From Promethearchaeota archaeon (GTDB taxonomy: Archaea > Asgardarchaeota > Lokiarchaeia > Sigyniarchaeales > SOKP01), in NCBI GenBank assembly GCA_019058365.1, contig JAHPZE010000001.1, positions 160,001-224,000 on the forward strand: 64,000 bases of DNA. The letters are read 5' to 3'. Positions 48,484 to 58,168 of the stretch are shown one piece after another. The translations under genes were made by a program, and so were the position numbers. The notes beneath the pieces were generated by a model. That model saw only the letters and a list, made by a program, of their open reading frames with translations. It had not been told where the DNA came from and did not search any database. Each line of letters opens with the position of its first letter. Positions within the stretch are counted from its first letter, which is position 1.

Positions 48484-49434
48484 ATGAGTAATAATACTTG
48501 CATTGAATTTCGAAAAGTTTCTAAAAGTTATAAAGAACTCCTTGCTTTAGATAATATTTCTCTTAATATTCAAAAAGGAGAGGTTTTTGGGTATATTGGT
48601 CCCAATGGAGCAGGAAAAACAACAACAATTAAGATTCTAGTTGGCCTAATAAGAGATTTTAGTGGAGAAGTTTTTATAAATGGAAATGATATTATTATTA
48701 ATAAAAAAGAATTACACAATATTATTGGATACCATCCACAAGAAGCTGGTTTCCAAGAATGGCGTACTTTAGATCATGCTTTTAAAACATTTGGTCGTCT
48801 ATCGGGACTTAGTTCAGATCAACTTGAAAATAGAATTCAAGAAGTCTTAAATTTACTTAATCTTTCTGAAGAGCGTTATAAAAAAATTATTCATTTATCT
48901 GGAGGTATGTTTCAAAAATTAAGATTAGGTCAAGCCCTTCTTCATAAACCTCAAATCCTAGTTTTGGATGAGCCATTATCTGGGTTAGATCCGCAAATGA
49001 GGTATCAATTTAAGAATATAATTAAAGAATTAGCTAAAAGTGGTATAACAATCTTGTTTTCTTCCCATATTTTAAGTGATGTGCAGGATATTGCTGATAT
49101 AATTGGTATTTTAAATCAAGGTCAAATTAAAGATATTGGTTCTCCTGAAGATCTTCAAAATAAGTTTCATATTGGTAATATCATTGAAGTTGTAGTAGCT
49201 GAAAATACTCCTTTATGCGAAGGTTTAGATGATTTATCAGAAATTGAATACGTTAACAAAATAAAGTCAAACAAACAATTAATTCATCTGAAATCTGAAA
49301 TTAATATAGATTTAGTGATTTATCAAATAATTGAAATGTTGAGAGAACAAAAATGTAAAATACGTAATTTTAATCTAGTAAAACCCAGTTTGGAAGAAGT
49401 ATATTTAAAATATGTCAGAGGTGAAAACAAATGA
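48484..49434 (+). CDS. ABC transporter ATP-binding protein (ABC-2/DrrA type)
   Basis: GPNGAGKTT, LSGGM, LVLDEP, SSHIL, SLEEVYL. Confidence 0.95.
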   Translation: MSNNTCIEFRKVSKSYKELLALDNISLNIQKGEVFGYIGPNGAGKTTTIKILVGLIRDFSGEVFINGNDIIINKKELHNIIGYHPQEAGFQEWRTLDHAFKTFGRLSGLSSDQLENRIQEVLNLLNLSEERYKKIIHLSGGMFQKLRLGQALLHKPQILVLDEPLSGLDPQMRYQFKNIIKELAKSGITILFSSHILSDVQDIADIIGILNQGQIKDIGSPEDLQNKFHIGNIIEVVVAENTPLCEGLDDLSEIEYVNKIKSNKQLIHLKSEINIDLVIYQIIEMLREQKCKIRNFNLVKPSLEEVYLKYVRGENK

Positions 49435-50093
49435 GTCTAAGATTGCTCTTTTTAGATGAATTAAAAGGATATGCAAAATCAAAGGTAATGCTTGTTCTTT
49501 GGTTCGGTTTACCTCTATTGTCTTTCTTAATTCAATTTTTTAATCCTGCTGAATTAGAAGGAATGCCCATTTCATTTTTGGTTGCTCTTGTGGTTTCAAG
49601 TATTGGGGGAACGCTTTCTGTAATAATGCTGAGTACTACAATAGTTAGTGAAAAAAATCGACATGTTTATGAATTATTTTTAATCCGACCAGTAAGGAGA
49701 AGTAGCTTAATTTTAGCAAAATTTTTAGCTGTGTATCTCTGTTTAGTTATTGCTGTATCAATTTCTCTTATTATTGGACTTATATTTGATGCTTTTACTG
49801 GTGATTTGATAGAAAACTACCTAAAGATAACATTTGAATCTTTAATTATTGGGATTTCTTCGATGGCAATTACGTGTTCAATAGGCATACTATTTGGTGT
49901 TTTAGTCTCATCTGTACCAGTTGCAGCAATTTTATCAGTTTATTTAGGAAGTCAATTATCTTCCCTTATAATTTTACCTACCTTCTTTATCCCTGGTTTA
50001 GACACTCAAACGTTAGCGTTAACCTTAGGAATAACTCTTACTACTATAATTATGGGAATAAACATAATCTTATTTAACCGAATGCAATTTTAG
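49431..50093 (+). CDS. ABC-2 transporter permease
   Basis: Six TM, SEKN...LIRPVRRSSLILAKF; ATGA overlap with the ATPase gene. Confidence 0.88.
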   Translation: MSLRLLFLDELKGYAKSKVMLVLWFGLPLLSFLIQFFNPAELEGMPISFLVALVVSSIGGTLSVIMLSTTIVSEKNRHVYELFLIRPVRRSSLILAKFLAVYLCLVIAVSISLIIGLIFDAFTGDLIENYLKITFESLIIGISSMAITCSIGILFGVLVSSVPVAAILSVYLGSQLSSLIILPTFFIPGLDTQTLALTLGITLTTIIMGINIILFNRMQF

Positions 50094-50138
50094 TATAAAT
50101 GACTTATAGAAAGATATATCTTTATAAATAGGAAAAAA

Positions 50139-50735
50139 TTATTCACTTTTTTGTGTTTCTTTCTTTTTAGAAAACTTACGAAAAGCAAATATAATTCTTT
50201 GAAGTACCGTTATATTAGTTCCAACAGCTAAAACTATCATCGCCCACCATAAAGCAGATGTAAACCAAATTTGAAGTATAGCTCCTAATAACAGAATTGG
50301 GACACGATCAGTCCTTTCTATAAGCCCAACACCATATAAATTTTCTTCACCTAAAGCTTCTATCTTAGCTCTAGTATATGAAGTTAAAAAAGCTCCAATA
50401 AGAACTATTAGCCCGATTTCTATTGATGTATATCCACTAAGAATCACTCCAATAAACAAGAAAAAATCTCCAATTCTATCCAAGGTAGAATCTAAAAATC
50501 CTCCTAATATTGTAGGACCTTGAAGTCGAGCTACAACTCCATCTAATTGATCAAAAAATTCAGTAATAAATAGAAAAACTATTATAATTATTAATAAATT
50601 AAACATAAATCCAAAAAACGTTATAATTGCTGAGATTAAACCAAATAAGGTAAAATAATTAGCTGGGATTTTTACTAACTTTTTCCCCAAAGGAAGTAAT
50701 AGTTTTTCAGAAAATCTTTTTATTTGTAATAGCAT
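50139..50735 (-). CDS. CDP-alcohol phosphatidyltransferase (archaetidylinositol-phosphate synthase-like)
   Basis: PANYFT, DQLDGVVAR...GGFLDSTLDRIGD, SYTRAK, GLIERTDR. Confidence 0.9.
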   Translation of the reverse strand: MLLQIKRFSEKLLLPLGKKLVKIPANYFTLFGLISAIITFFGFMFNLLIIIIVFLFITEFFDQLDGVVARLQGPTILGGFLDSTLDRIGDFFLFIGVILSGYTSIEIGLIVLIGAFLTSYTRAKIEALGEENLYGVGLIERTDRVPILLLGAILQIWFTSALWWAMIVLAVGTNITVLQRIIFAFRKFSKKKETQKSE

Positions 50736-50827
50736 AAAATAATGATTACAACTTCTTTGTTGTTAGTCTTTTTTTAAAATTAAAATTATATAAAAATAAA
50801 GTTTTACTTATTTGGTAAAAAAAAAAT

Positions 50828-52321
50828 CTAAATTCCATAAATAGGATAGTATTTATCTTCAACATATTTAATAAAATAATCAGGTTCCAAATCTTCTCCA
50901 GTAATCTTTTGAATTAATTCGGGAGCTCTGTAAATTTTACCATATTGATGCACATTTTCCTTTAAGTAATTTAAAAGGTTAGAGAATTCTCCTTTCTCAT
51001 AATCTTGAGGTATATTTGGGTTTTCTTTTAAAGTTTGTTTATATATTTGAGCAGCATAAAGATTTCCTAAAGAATAACTAGGAAAATAACCAAATCCCCC
51101 ACCAGACCAATGTACATCTTGTAATACACCAAGAGCATCATTCGGCGGTATAATTCCTAATAATTCTTCCATTTTTGCATTCCATATTTCTGGCAATTCA
51201 CTTGCTTGAAGTTGATCTTCTATTATCATTTTCTCTAGTTCAAATCGTAGTATAATATGTAATCCATAAGTCACCTCATCAGCATCTACTCGGATAAACG
51301 ATGGTTGTACTACATTTATAGAACGATGAAATTCTTCCATTGGATAATTTTTCAAATTTTCTGGAAAAACTTTTTGAAAGATAGGATACCAATATGTCCA
51401 AAATTCCTTACTACGCCCAACTACATTTTCCCACATTCGAGATTGAGATTCATGAATACCCATAGAACACCCCTCAGCTAATAACGTATCATGAATTTCT
51501 TCTTTAAATCCCATTTGGTAAAGAGCATGTCCACATTCATGGATTGTGGAGAATAAGCAATCAGGAAGAAAATCTTCACGTATTCTAGTTGTTATTCTAG
51601 TATCTATGGATGATAATGAAGTAGTAAAAGGATGTGTTGCTTTGTCTTGCCGTCCGGTATTAAAATCAAAATTAAGTTTTTTAATTATATCAAGACTTAA
51701 TTGCCATTGTTTTTCAGCATCATAATGTTTTTTTAGGATTGATTGATTAGGTTTATCAGAGACATTATTTAGCTTATTGACAATCTTTACTAATTTTGGT
51801 TTTAATCCATTAAAGATTTTTAAAATCCAATCATAAGTTGAACCAGGTTCGTACAAATCTAACAAAGTTGAGTATAAAGTCGGACCTGTATCAAGTTTCT
51901 CGGCAAATTCTATTTTTAATTTAATAATTTTCTCGAGATAAGGCTTGAATATTGAAAAATCACTTTTTTCTCTTGCTTTTTCCCATTCCATATGCCCTAA
52001 TGATGAAGTTTTAGCAATTTCAGATACTAATTCATCAGGAATTTTGATTGCTTGATCATATTCTCTTTTTGCTTCTCGTATCATCGCTAAATCAATTTCA
52101 CTAAGATTGTGTAATTCTTCAGCTTCTTTTATCAATTTACCAGTTTTATCTGATTTTATCCTTGAATGAATTAAATTTTGTATTAATGCCAATTGCTCAG
52201 CTCTTCCTTTCACTGAACCTTTAGGCATATTGACTTGTTGATCCCAGCTTAAAAGAGCTCCAATGTAAGACAGTCTCATTATTTCATTAAAATGTTCCCA
52301 AAGTTCTTTCATTACATTCAT
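50828..52321 (-). CDS. Carboxypeptidase M32 (carboxypeptidase Taq family), copy 1
   Basis: HPF, HECGH, HESQS, IRVDADE, LQDVHWS, GYFPSY. Confidence 0.95.
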   Translation of the reverse strand: MNVMKELWEHFNEIMRLSYIGALLSWDQQVNMPKGSVKGRAEQLALIQNLIHSRIKSDKTGKLIKEAEELHNLSEIDLAMIREAKREYDQAIKIPDELVSEIAKTSSLGHMEWEKAREKSDFSIFKPYLEKIIKLKIEFAEKLDTGPTLYSTLLDLYEPGSTYDWILKIFNGLKPKLVKIVNKLNNVSDKPNQSILKKHYDAEKQWQLSLDIIKKLNFDFNTGRQDKATHPFTTSLSSIDTRITTRIREDFLPDCLFSTIHECGHALYQMGFKEEIHDTLLAEGCSMGIHESQSRMWENVVGRSKEFWTYWYPIFQKVFPENLKNYPMEEFHRSINVVQPSFIRVDADEVTYGLHIILRFELEKMIIEDQLQASELPEIWNAKMEELLGIIPPNDALGVLQDVHWSGGGFGYFPSYSLGNLYAAQIYKQTLKENPNIPQDYEKGEFSNLLNYLKENVHQYGKIYRAPELIQKITGEDLEPDYFIKYVEDKYYPIYGI

Positions 52322-52450
52322 AATTTACTTATTTTTTAGTAATTATTTTTAAAATTATATGAAAATGTTAGTTAATTTTTAACAAAAAAGTTTTGGTTTT
52401 CCAATTGATAATTTCAGTATATATAAGGTGAAATTAATAAAAAAAAGAAT

Positions 52451-53947
52451 TTAGAGTTTGTAGATTGGATAAAATTTCTTCTCTACATATTTAAAAAAGT
52501 AGTCTGGGTTTAAACTTTCTCCAGTTACCCTTTTGATCAAATCATTAGCTCGATAAACACTTCCGTGCTGATGTATTTTTTCTCGTAAGTATTTCAATAA
52601 ATTAGAAAATTCACCTTTTTTATAATCTTCAGGTAAATTTGGCATCGCTTCCTGCGCTTTTGAATAAATCTGAGCTGAATATAAACTCCCCAGAAAGTAA
52701 GTAGGGAAGTATCCTATGGCTCCACCGCTCCAATGCATATCTTGTAATACTCCTTCTTTATCATTAGGAGGAGTAATTCCTAAGTATTCTTCCATCTTAG
52801 AGTTCCATAATTCTGGTAATTCATTTACTCGGACTTTGCCTTCAATTAAGTCTTTTTCAATCTCAAATCTTAGAATAACATGTAGACCATAAGTTACTTC
52901 ATCAGCATTTACCCTGATAAATGAGGGTTGAACGCAATTTATCGCTCGATAAAATTCTTCCATTGGATAATTCTTTAAATTCTCAGGGAAATATCTTTGG
53001 AAGGTTGGATACCAATAAATCCAAAATTCTTTACTTCGACCAACAATATTTTCCAACAACCTTGATTGAGATTCATGAATTCCCATTGAAGTACCAGTGC
53101 ATAATATTGTATCATGTAATTCTTTTTTAATGCCCATTTCATAAAGGGCATGGCCGCACTCATGTATAGTCCCAAAAATACACTCGTTAAGAAAATCATC
53201 TTTTGTTCTTGTAGTTATGCGAACATCTTCAGAAGCAAGTGAAGTTGTAAAGGGATGAGTTGATCTATCTTGTCGACCGTATCCTAAATCATAATTGAAT
53301 TTTTTAATGATCTCAAAACTAAGTTCAAATTGTTTATCAATATTATAATTTTTATGTACAATAGAATCATCTGGTTTATCTGAGGATGAATTCAACTTCT
53401 TTACAACATTGACAATCTTAGGTTTTATTGGATTGAATATATTGGCAATCCAATCATAAGTGGCACCAGGTTCATATAGATCTATTAAAGTGGAATAAAT
53501 GTCGGAGTGTGTTGCTAACTTATTTGCCTTTTCTTTTTGTAATTCAACTGTTTTTTCCAATATTTCTTTAAAGATTGAAAAATCGCTTTTTGTATAAGCC
53601 TCTCTCCAAACACCCGAAGCTTTTACACTAATTTCTGCTATCTCAGTAACTAATTGCTCAGGTAATTTAGTCGCAAGATCATATTCTCTTTTAATCTCTC
53701 GTAACATAGCACTGTCGATCTCATTAAGGGCAGGAATTTTTTCTGCTTCTTTAATTAGTTTTCCAACTTTTTCCGAAGTAATTCTTTGATGTAATAATTT
53801 TTGGAGGAGAGAAATTTGTTTAGCCTTACCATCCAAAGATTTATAATTCCGCATGTTGACTTCTTGATCCCAATTCAAAGCTGCGGAAATATAGTGTAAT
53901 CTCATTATTTCGGCAAAATATTCACGAAATTCATTAATAGCACTCAT
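52451..53947 (-). CDS. Carboxypeptidase M32, copy 2
   Basis: HPF, DVRITTR, HECGH, HESQS, IRVNADE, LQDMHWS, GYFPTY. Confidence 0.95.
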   Translation of the reverse strand: MSAINEFREYFAEIMRLHYISAALNWDQEVNMRNYKSLDGKAKQISLLQKLLHQRITSEKVGKLIKEAEKIPALNEIDSAMLREIKREYDLATKLPEQLVTEIAEISVKASGVWREAYTKSDFSIFKEILEKTVELQKEKANKLATHSDIYSTLIDLYEPGATYDWIANIFNPIKPKIVNVVKKLNSSSDKPDDSIVHKNYNIDKQFELSFEIIKKFNYDLGYGRQDRSTHPFTTSLASEDVRITTRTKDDFLNECIFGTIHECGHALYEMGIKKELHDTILCTGTSMGIHESQSRLLENIVGRSKEFWIYWYPTFQRYFPENLKNYPMEEFYRAINCVQPSFIRVNADEVTYGLHVILRFEIEKDLIEGKVRVNELPELWNSKMEEYLGITPPNDKEGVLQDMHWSGGAIGYFPTYFLGSLYSAQIYSKAQEAMPNLPEDYKKGEFSNLLKYLREKIHQHGSVYRANDLIKRVTGESLNPDYFFKYVEKKFYPIYKL

Positions 53948-54120
53948 TTTTTAGACCTTAGATGTTTCTTTAAATTGTTTTTTGATAAATTTAGTCATGT
54001 TTTAACAAAAAAATTTAATTATCACATAATTGAATATAGAATAATTTTAAAAGAAGTGTGTTGTGAACTATTGAACTAATTATACGAAATAAAAAAAAAA
54101 CAATTTTAAAATTTTTCGGT

Positions 54121-55710
54121 TTAGGTTAATTGTTCTTGTTTAACAAAAAAATCTGCAGCTAATTCCACATCTTGAATTGTTACAGGTCTCCCTAAAGATT
54201 TTTCTAATTCTATTATTAAATTGTTACATAAATTTAAGCTTAAAGAACTACCTTTACTTATAATAATTTTTTGTAATTCCTTAGTAAAATCGATAACTAG
54301 GGGTCTTTCTACCTCTTTTTTGATATCTTCATGAGGGCTGAATATCTCTATTGGCATTTTTGCTTTGGGTTTTACATTACTATCCGTTTTATCGATCTGG
54401 GGTTCTTTACTTATTTCTTGAGGCACAGAAGCTTTTTTTTTTGTTTTTTGCGGTGCTTTTGGAATTTTAAGTGGTTTTATATCAATTTCTTTATCTAATT
54501 TTCGAAAAGAAACTAATCCTTTAGCAGGTTTTGAAGGAACAGCTTGAACTTCTTCTTTTAAGGTCTCTTGATCTTGAGATTGAATTGATGTATCTGTATC
54601 TATGCTAGGAAGTGGTTTTACAGTTACTTTCCTCGAAAACATTAATGGTTTCGAAATTTCAAAATCCATCTTTTTTTCTGATTCCTTTCTTTTCTCAGTT
54701 TGTTCGTGAATTTTTTTGTTAAGTACCTTAATTTTCTGTTCAATTGCTTTTGTAAATATGATATTTTGATATGATTCACTAATAGTAATCAATTCTTTAT
54801 ACTTAGCTAGAGCTTGTACTTTTTTACCCTCTAAAACTAAATTATCTACTTCTCTTATTAATTCTCCAAAATTTTCTGGTATTTTCTGTTTTAGTCCAAG
54901 ACTTTCCATTATAAAATTATGAATTTGAGATTTCGCATCAATATCAGTTAGAGAAATTTCTTTAAAATCAGTAATATTTAATTCATTTTTTATTCTTCGT
55001 ATATCCGCATCCTCTACTAAATCTCTTTTATTTCCAATGATAAGTAATTTGGAATAATTACTTTCCGTTTGATGGAGTTTTATAAAACGGTTGAGCATTT
55101 TTAAATTATAATTTGCTAAGTTAAAAAGGAGAATAACTAAATCTGAACCTTTTATGAATTTTGACCAAAGAAGTGAGAAATTATCCTTTAATTGAAAATC
55201 CCATAAATCAAAAGATATACCATCTATCTCGAAAGATGATGATTTTGCGACTTCCATAATGGTTTTTTCTTCGCCACTTTTTAACATATTATAGAGGGTA
55301 GTCTTGCCCGCATTTGTAGGACCTACGAGCACTATTTTTGAATGAAGCTCTTTTTGGATTTCATCCAAGAAAGTATTAAATTCATTCGTTACTAGACTAG
55401 ATTCATTAATTTCTTGAGGATTAGGAAATAATTCTTTGAATTTTTTAATTGTTTTAATCATTATCGTGTCAATATATTGAAGTGAATCGACTATGTCTGT
55501 AATAAATAGAAAATATAGATTCTCAGAGGCTCTATGAAAAATTTGAAAATTCGAAACTTGTCGTTGAAACGTTTTCCCAGGCATAGGCATATCAATATAT
55601 TTCTGGATTATACTTTTTACATTGGTTAATTCATCAGTACCAAGAGCTATTGCATAATCCTTAACAAATAATAATTCTGATCTTAGAAAAATATGTAGTT
55701 GTCTCAACAT
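54121..55710 (-). CDS. Longin-like domain fused to a degenerate Arf/Rab-like small GTPase, helical bundle and low-complexity tail
   Basis: N-terminal MLRQLHIF... longin-like pattern; G1 GPTNAGKTT, G3 degenerate WDFQL, G4 NKRD, G5 EISL. Confidence 0.8.
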   Translation of the reverse strand: MLRQLHIFLRSELLFVKDYAIALGTDELTNVKSIIQKYIDMPMPGKTFQRQVSNFQIFHRASENLYFLFITDIVDSLQYIDTIMIKTIKKFKELFPNPQEINESSLVTNEFNTFLDEIQKELHSKIVLVGPTNAGKTTLYNMLKSGEEKTIMEVAKSSSFEIDGISFDLWDFQLKDNFSLLWSKFIKGSDLVILLFNLANYNLKMLNRFIKLHQTESNYSKLLIIGNKRDLVEDADIRRIKNELNITDFKEISLTDIDAKSQIHNFIMESLGLKQKIPENFGELIREVDNLVLEGKKVQALAKYKELITISESYQNIIFTKAIEQKIKVLNKKIHEQTEKRKESEKKMDFEISKPLMFSRKVTVKPLPSIDTDTSIQSQDQETLKEEVQAVPSKPAKGLVSFRKLDKEIDIKPLKIPKAPQKTKKKASVPQEISKEPQIDKTDSNVKPKAKMPIEIFSPHEDIKKEVERPLVIDFTKELQKIIISKGSSLSLNLCNNLIIELEKSLGRPVTIQDVELAADFFVKQEQLT

Positions 55711-55908
55711 ATTCTATTGAACCTAATTGGAAATGTTTATATTTATAAAAAAAGAAGCAATCCTAATTAATAATTTTTTATAATTAAACAAAAGTTAATT
55801 TTACTTATCTTTTATACTTGTTTAGTTGAATAAAAAATAATATTAGGTTTTAATTATTTTTATTTCTTAGAATAAGGAAAATAAAATTATAATTTTTAAC
55901 TTCATGAT

Positions 55909-56862
55909 ATGCCCCTCCAACCAGACCACATTCTAAAGTATATAAACAATGAATCAGATACCAAGAATAAATCAGAATTAATTGAACTACTACGGAATAC
56001 TATTGATAAACTTTGTTTTGAGGACTGCCAGCTAGATAGGATTGCATGTACTTTACAACCAAAATGTTCAAGAAGGCATTTATTGAAACTCCGTATAAAA
56101 AGTAGACTTACCATTGATGATTTGCCAAAATTTTGTTATAGTGTCCATAAGGGGGTTGTAGAAAGGTATTTTAGAAATAAAACGGTAATATACCGTCCAT
56201 ACGATAGTTATTTATACTTAATTGATTTTTTAGATATTTTTTTCCATGGAGATTATCGGAAATTAAATAAGTTCATTTCTCTTAATAAATGGGAAGATAC
56301 ATTTAAGATATTTGATGATAGAATACATAATAGGGAAGAAAAATTTGAATATTTAAAAACAGACAATTATTTATTATTCAAATTTGAAGATCGCATTCAT
56401 ATTGTTTTTTTGAATGAAAAATATGTTCTCTGTAATGCTAATCGTGAAAACATTGTCAATCTTGAATTATTAAATGGAATATGTAACCTTTATGCAGACA
56501 TTTATTTTCCTGAAGTAAAAATGAAATATGTTCCCTCAAAACATGTAGAAATAACTCTTAAAGTTCCGTACGAGGTCTTAACAAAAGTTTCGAAAGAACC
56601 TTCTATTAATAATTCTAAAGCAGACACATATTTTTGGAATACTTTCTGGGAAGATCTCAATGCTCTAACGCAATATTGTGATCAAATTAATTTGTATGAA
56701 GATAAAAATCAAAATTTAGAAATTATTTTATATGTAAGTCTCTTATCTAATACTTACACTGAAGAAGGAAATAAATCAGCGCTGAGATTTAGAGATTTAC
56801 GATTAATATTTAATTTTATAACTCGAATTTATACAGAATATTATATAATATGGGTAGAGTAA
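55909..56862 (+). CDS. Hypothetical protein with N-terminal Cys cluster
   Basis: 317-aa ORF; CFEDCQLDRIACTLQPKC...FCY. Confidence 0.7.
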   Translation: MPLQPDHILKYINNESDTKNKSELIELLRNTIDKLCFEDCQLDRIACTLQPKCSRRHLLKLRIKSRLTIDDLPKFCYSVHKGVVERYFRNKTVIYRPYDSYLYLIDFLDIFFHGDYRKLNKFISLNKWEDTFKIFDDRIHNREEKFEYLKTDNYLLFKFEDRIHIVFLNEKYVLCNANRENIVNLELLNGICNLYADIYFPEVKMKYVPSKHVEITLKVPYEVLTKVSKEPSINNSKADTYFWNTFWEDLNALTQYCDQINLYEDKNQNLEIILYVSLLSNTYTEEGNKSALRFRDLRLIFNFITRIYTEYYIIWVE

Positions 56863-56890
56863 ATAAAAAATCATAATATGGGCAGTAATT

Positions 56891-58168
56891 ATGAATGATA
56901 CTGAGAAATTTGAAGTAGAAATCAACCAAATCAAAGATTTTGTGAATGATGGAAGATTTGATGATGCTGTGAAGATTATAGCACTTTATATTGGAGATTC
57001 TACTGAAGATGATTATTTAGATAGACTTGAAGAAATAATAGAAACTCTTTTAACCCTACATGGTGGTCAGACAGTACTACGTTTTTTAATTGAGAATCTT
57101 GTTATTGATATTCCATCCTTATTAGAAAATCTCTCAAAGAAAGATTCTGTATTACGTTACACTTTTTTGTTACTATTAAGAACAATCTGTGAGAAGGAAT
57201 GCGAACTTTTTCTTCCATATAGTGAAAATTTAGTGAATTCAGAAGATCCCAATGTTAGAGAAGCTGCTTTACAATTATTAATTTATATGGCTGGTGGGGA
57301 TACTATTATTGAAGATGAATCTCTTATTAAAGCAATATTATTAAAATTATCTGATGAAAAAGATTTTGTGGTCGAAAAAGCTATTCAAACTTTGAAATCA
57401 ATTGGAGAAAAAGCTCCTAAATTGATGACAAGAATTTTAACAGAATACGCTAAAGTAATTTCTGATATCCCTAATAATGAAGAAATTAAAAATTATATCG
57501 ATCAAATCTTGAAATCTATTGTTTCTGTTGATAAAATTGAGGAGATTGTAGAGGAGAAAAAAACGCAAAAAGAACTATTAAAAGATGAAGTTGAGGCTTC
57601 TGAGTCTATAGTCAGTGAGAAAAAGGAAGATTATTTAGGAAAGAAAGAATCAGACATTTTGGATAAAGAATTTGAATTAAAAAAGAAAGAATTAGAAATT
57701 AAACAAAAAAAATTAGAGTTAAAAGAAAAAGAAAGGAATATTGAGGAAAAAGTAATCCAAAAAAAAGAAGAAGTCCTCAAACTTAAAGAAGAAATCTTAG
57801 AAAAGAAAAGTGATCTTGGAGAACCAATTGAAACAAAAATCCCTAAAAAACTTAAGAGAAAGGAAGAAGAAATCATTGATAAAGAAATTCAATTGAAAAA
57901 GAAAGATTTAGAAATCAAGAAAAAAAAGATTGAATTAGAAGAAAAGGAAAAGGAATTAGAGGAAAAAGAGATTTTAGAGAGAGAAAAAGCTTTAAAGATA
58001 AAAGAAAAATTATTAAAAAGAGAAAATGAGTTATCTCAAGTTGAATTAGAATTAAAACAAAAATCCATTGAGCAGAAAGAGCAAAAAATCCAAGAAGAAG
58101 AAATGAAAAGAGTTGAAGAAGAACTTAAAAAGTCTCTACACAAAGAGGAAAAAACTAAAGAAAATTAA
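56891..58168 (+). CDS. HEAT/ARM-repeat protein with long E/K-rich coiled-coil tail
   Basis: LSKKDSVLR, LVNSEDPNVREAALQLL, LSDEKDFVVEKAIQTL; C-terminal half is mostly E/K/L/I. Confidence 0.8.
   Translation: MNDTEKFEVEINQIKDFVNDGRFDDAVKIIALYIGDSTEDDYLDRLEEIIETLLTLHGGQTVLRFLIENLVIDIPSLLENLSKKDSVLRYTFLLLLRTICEKECELFLPYSENLVNSEDPNVREAALQLLIYMAGGDTIIEDESLIKAILLKLSDEKDFVVEKAIQTLKSIGEKAPKLMTRILTEYAKVISDIPNNEEIKNYIDQILKSIVSVDKIEEIVEEKKTQKELLKDEVEASESIVSEKKEDYLGKKESDILDKEFELKKKELEIKQKKLELKEKERNIEEKVIQKKEEVLKLKEEILEKKSDLGEPIETKIPKKLKRKEEEIIDKEIQLKKKDLEIKKKKIELEEKEKELEEKEILEREKALKIKEKLLKRENELSQVELELKQKSIEQKEQKIQEEEMKRVEEELKKSLHKEEKTKEN
57644..58022 (+). repeat. Tandem duplication of a ~54-aa charged helix (72-aa period)
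   Basis: KESDILDKEFELKKKELEIKQKKLELKEKE... versus KEEEIIDKEIQLKKKDLEIKKKKIELEEKE... Confidence 0.7.
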
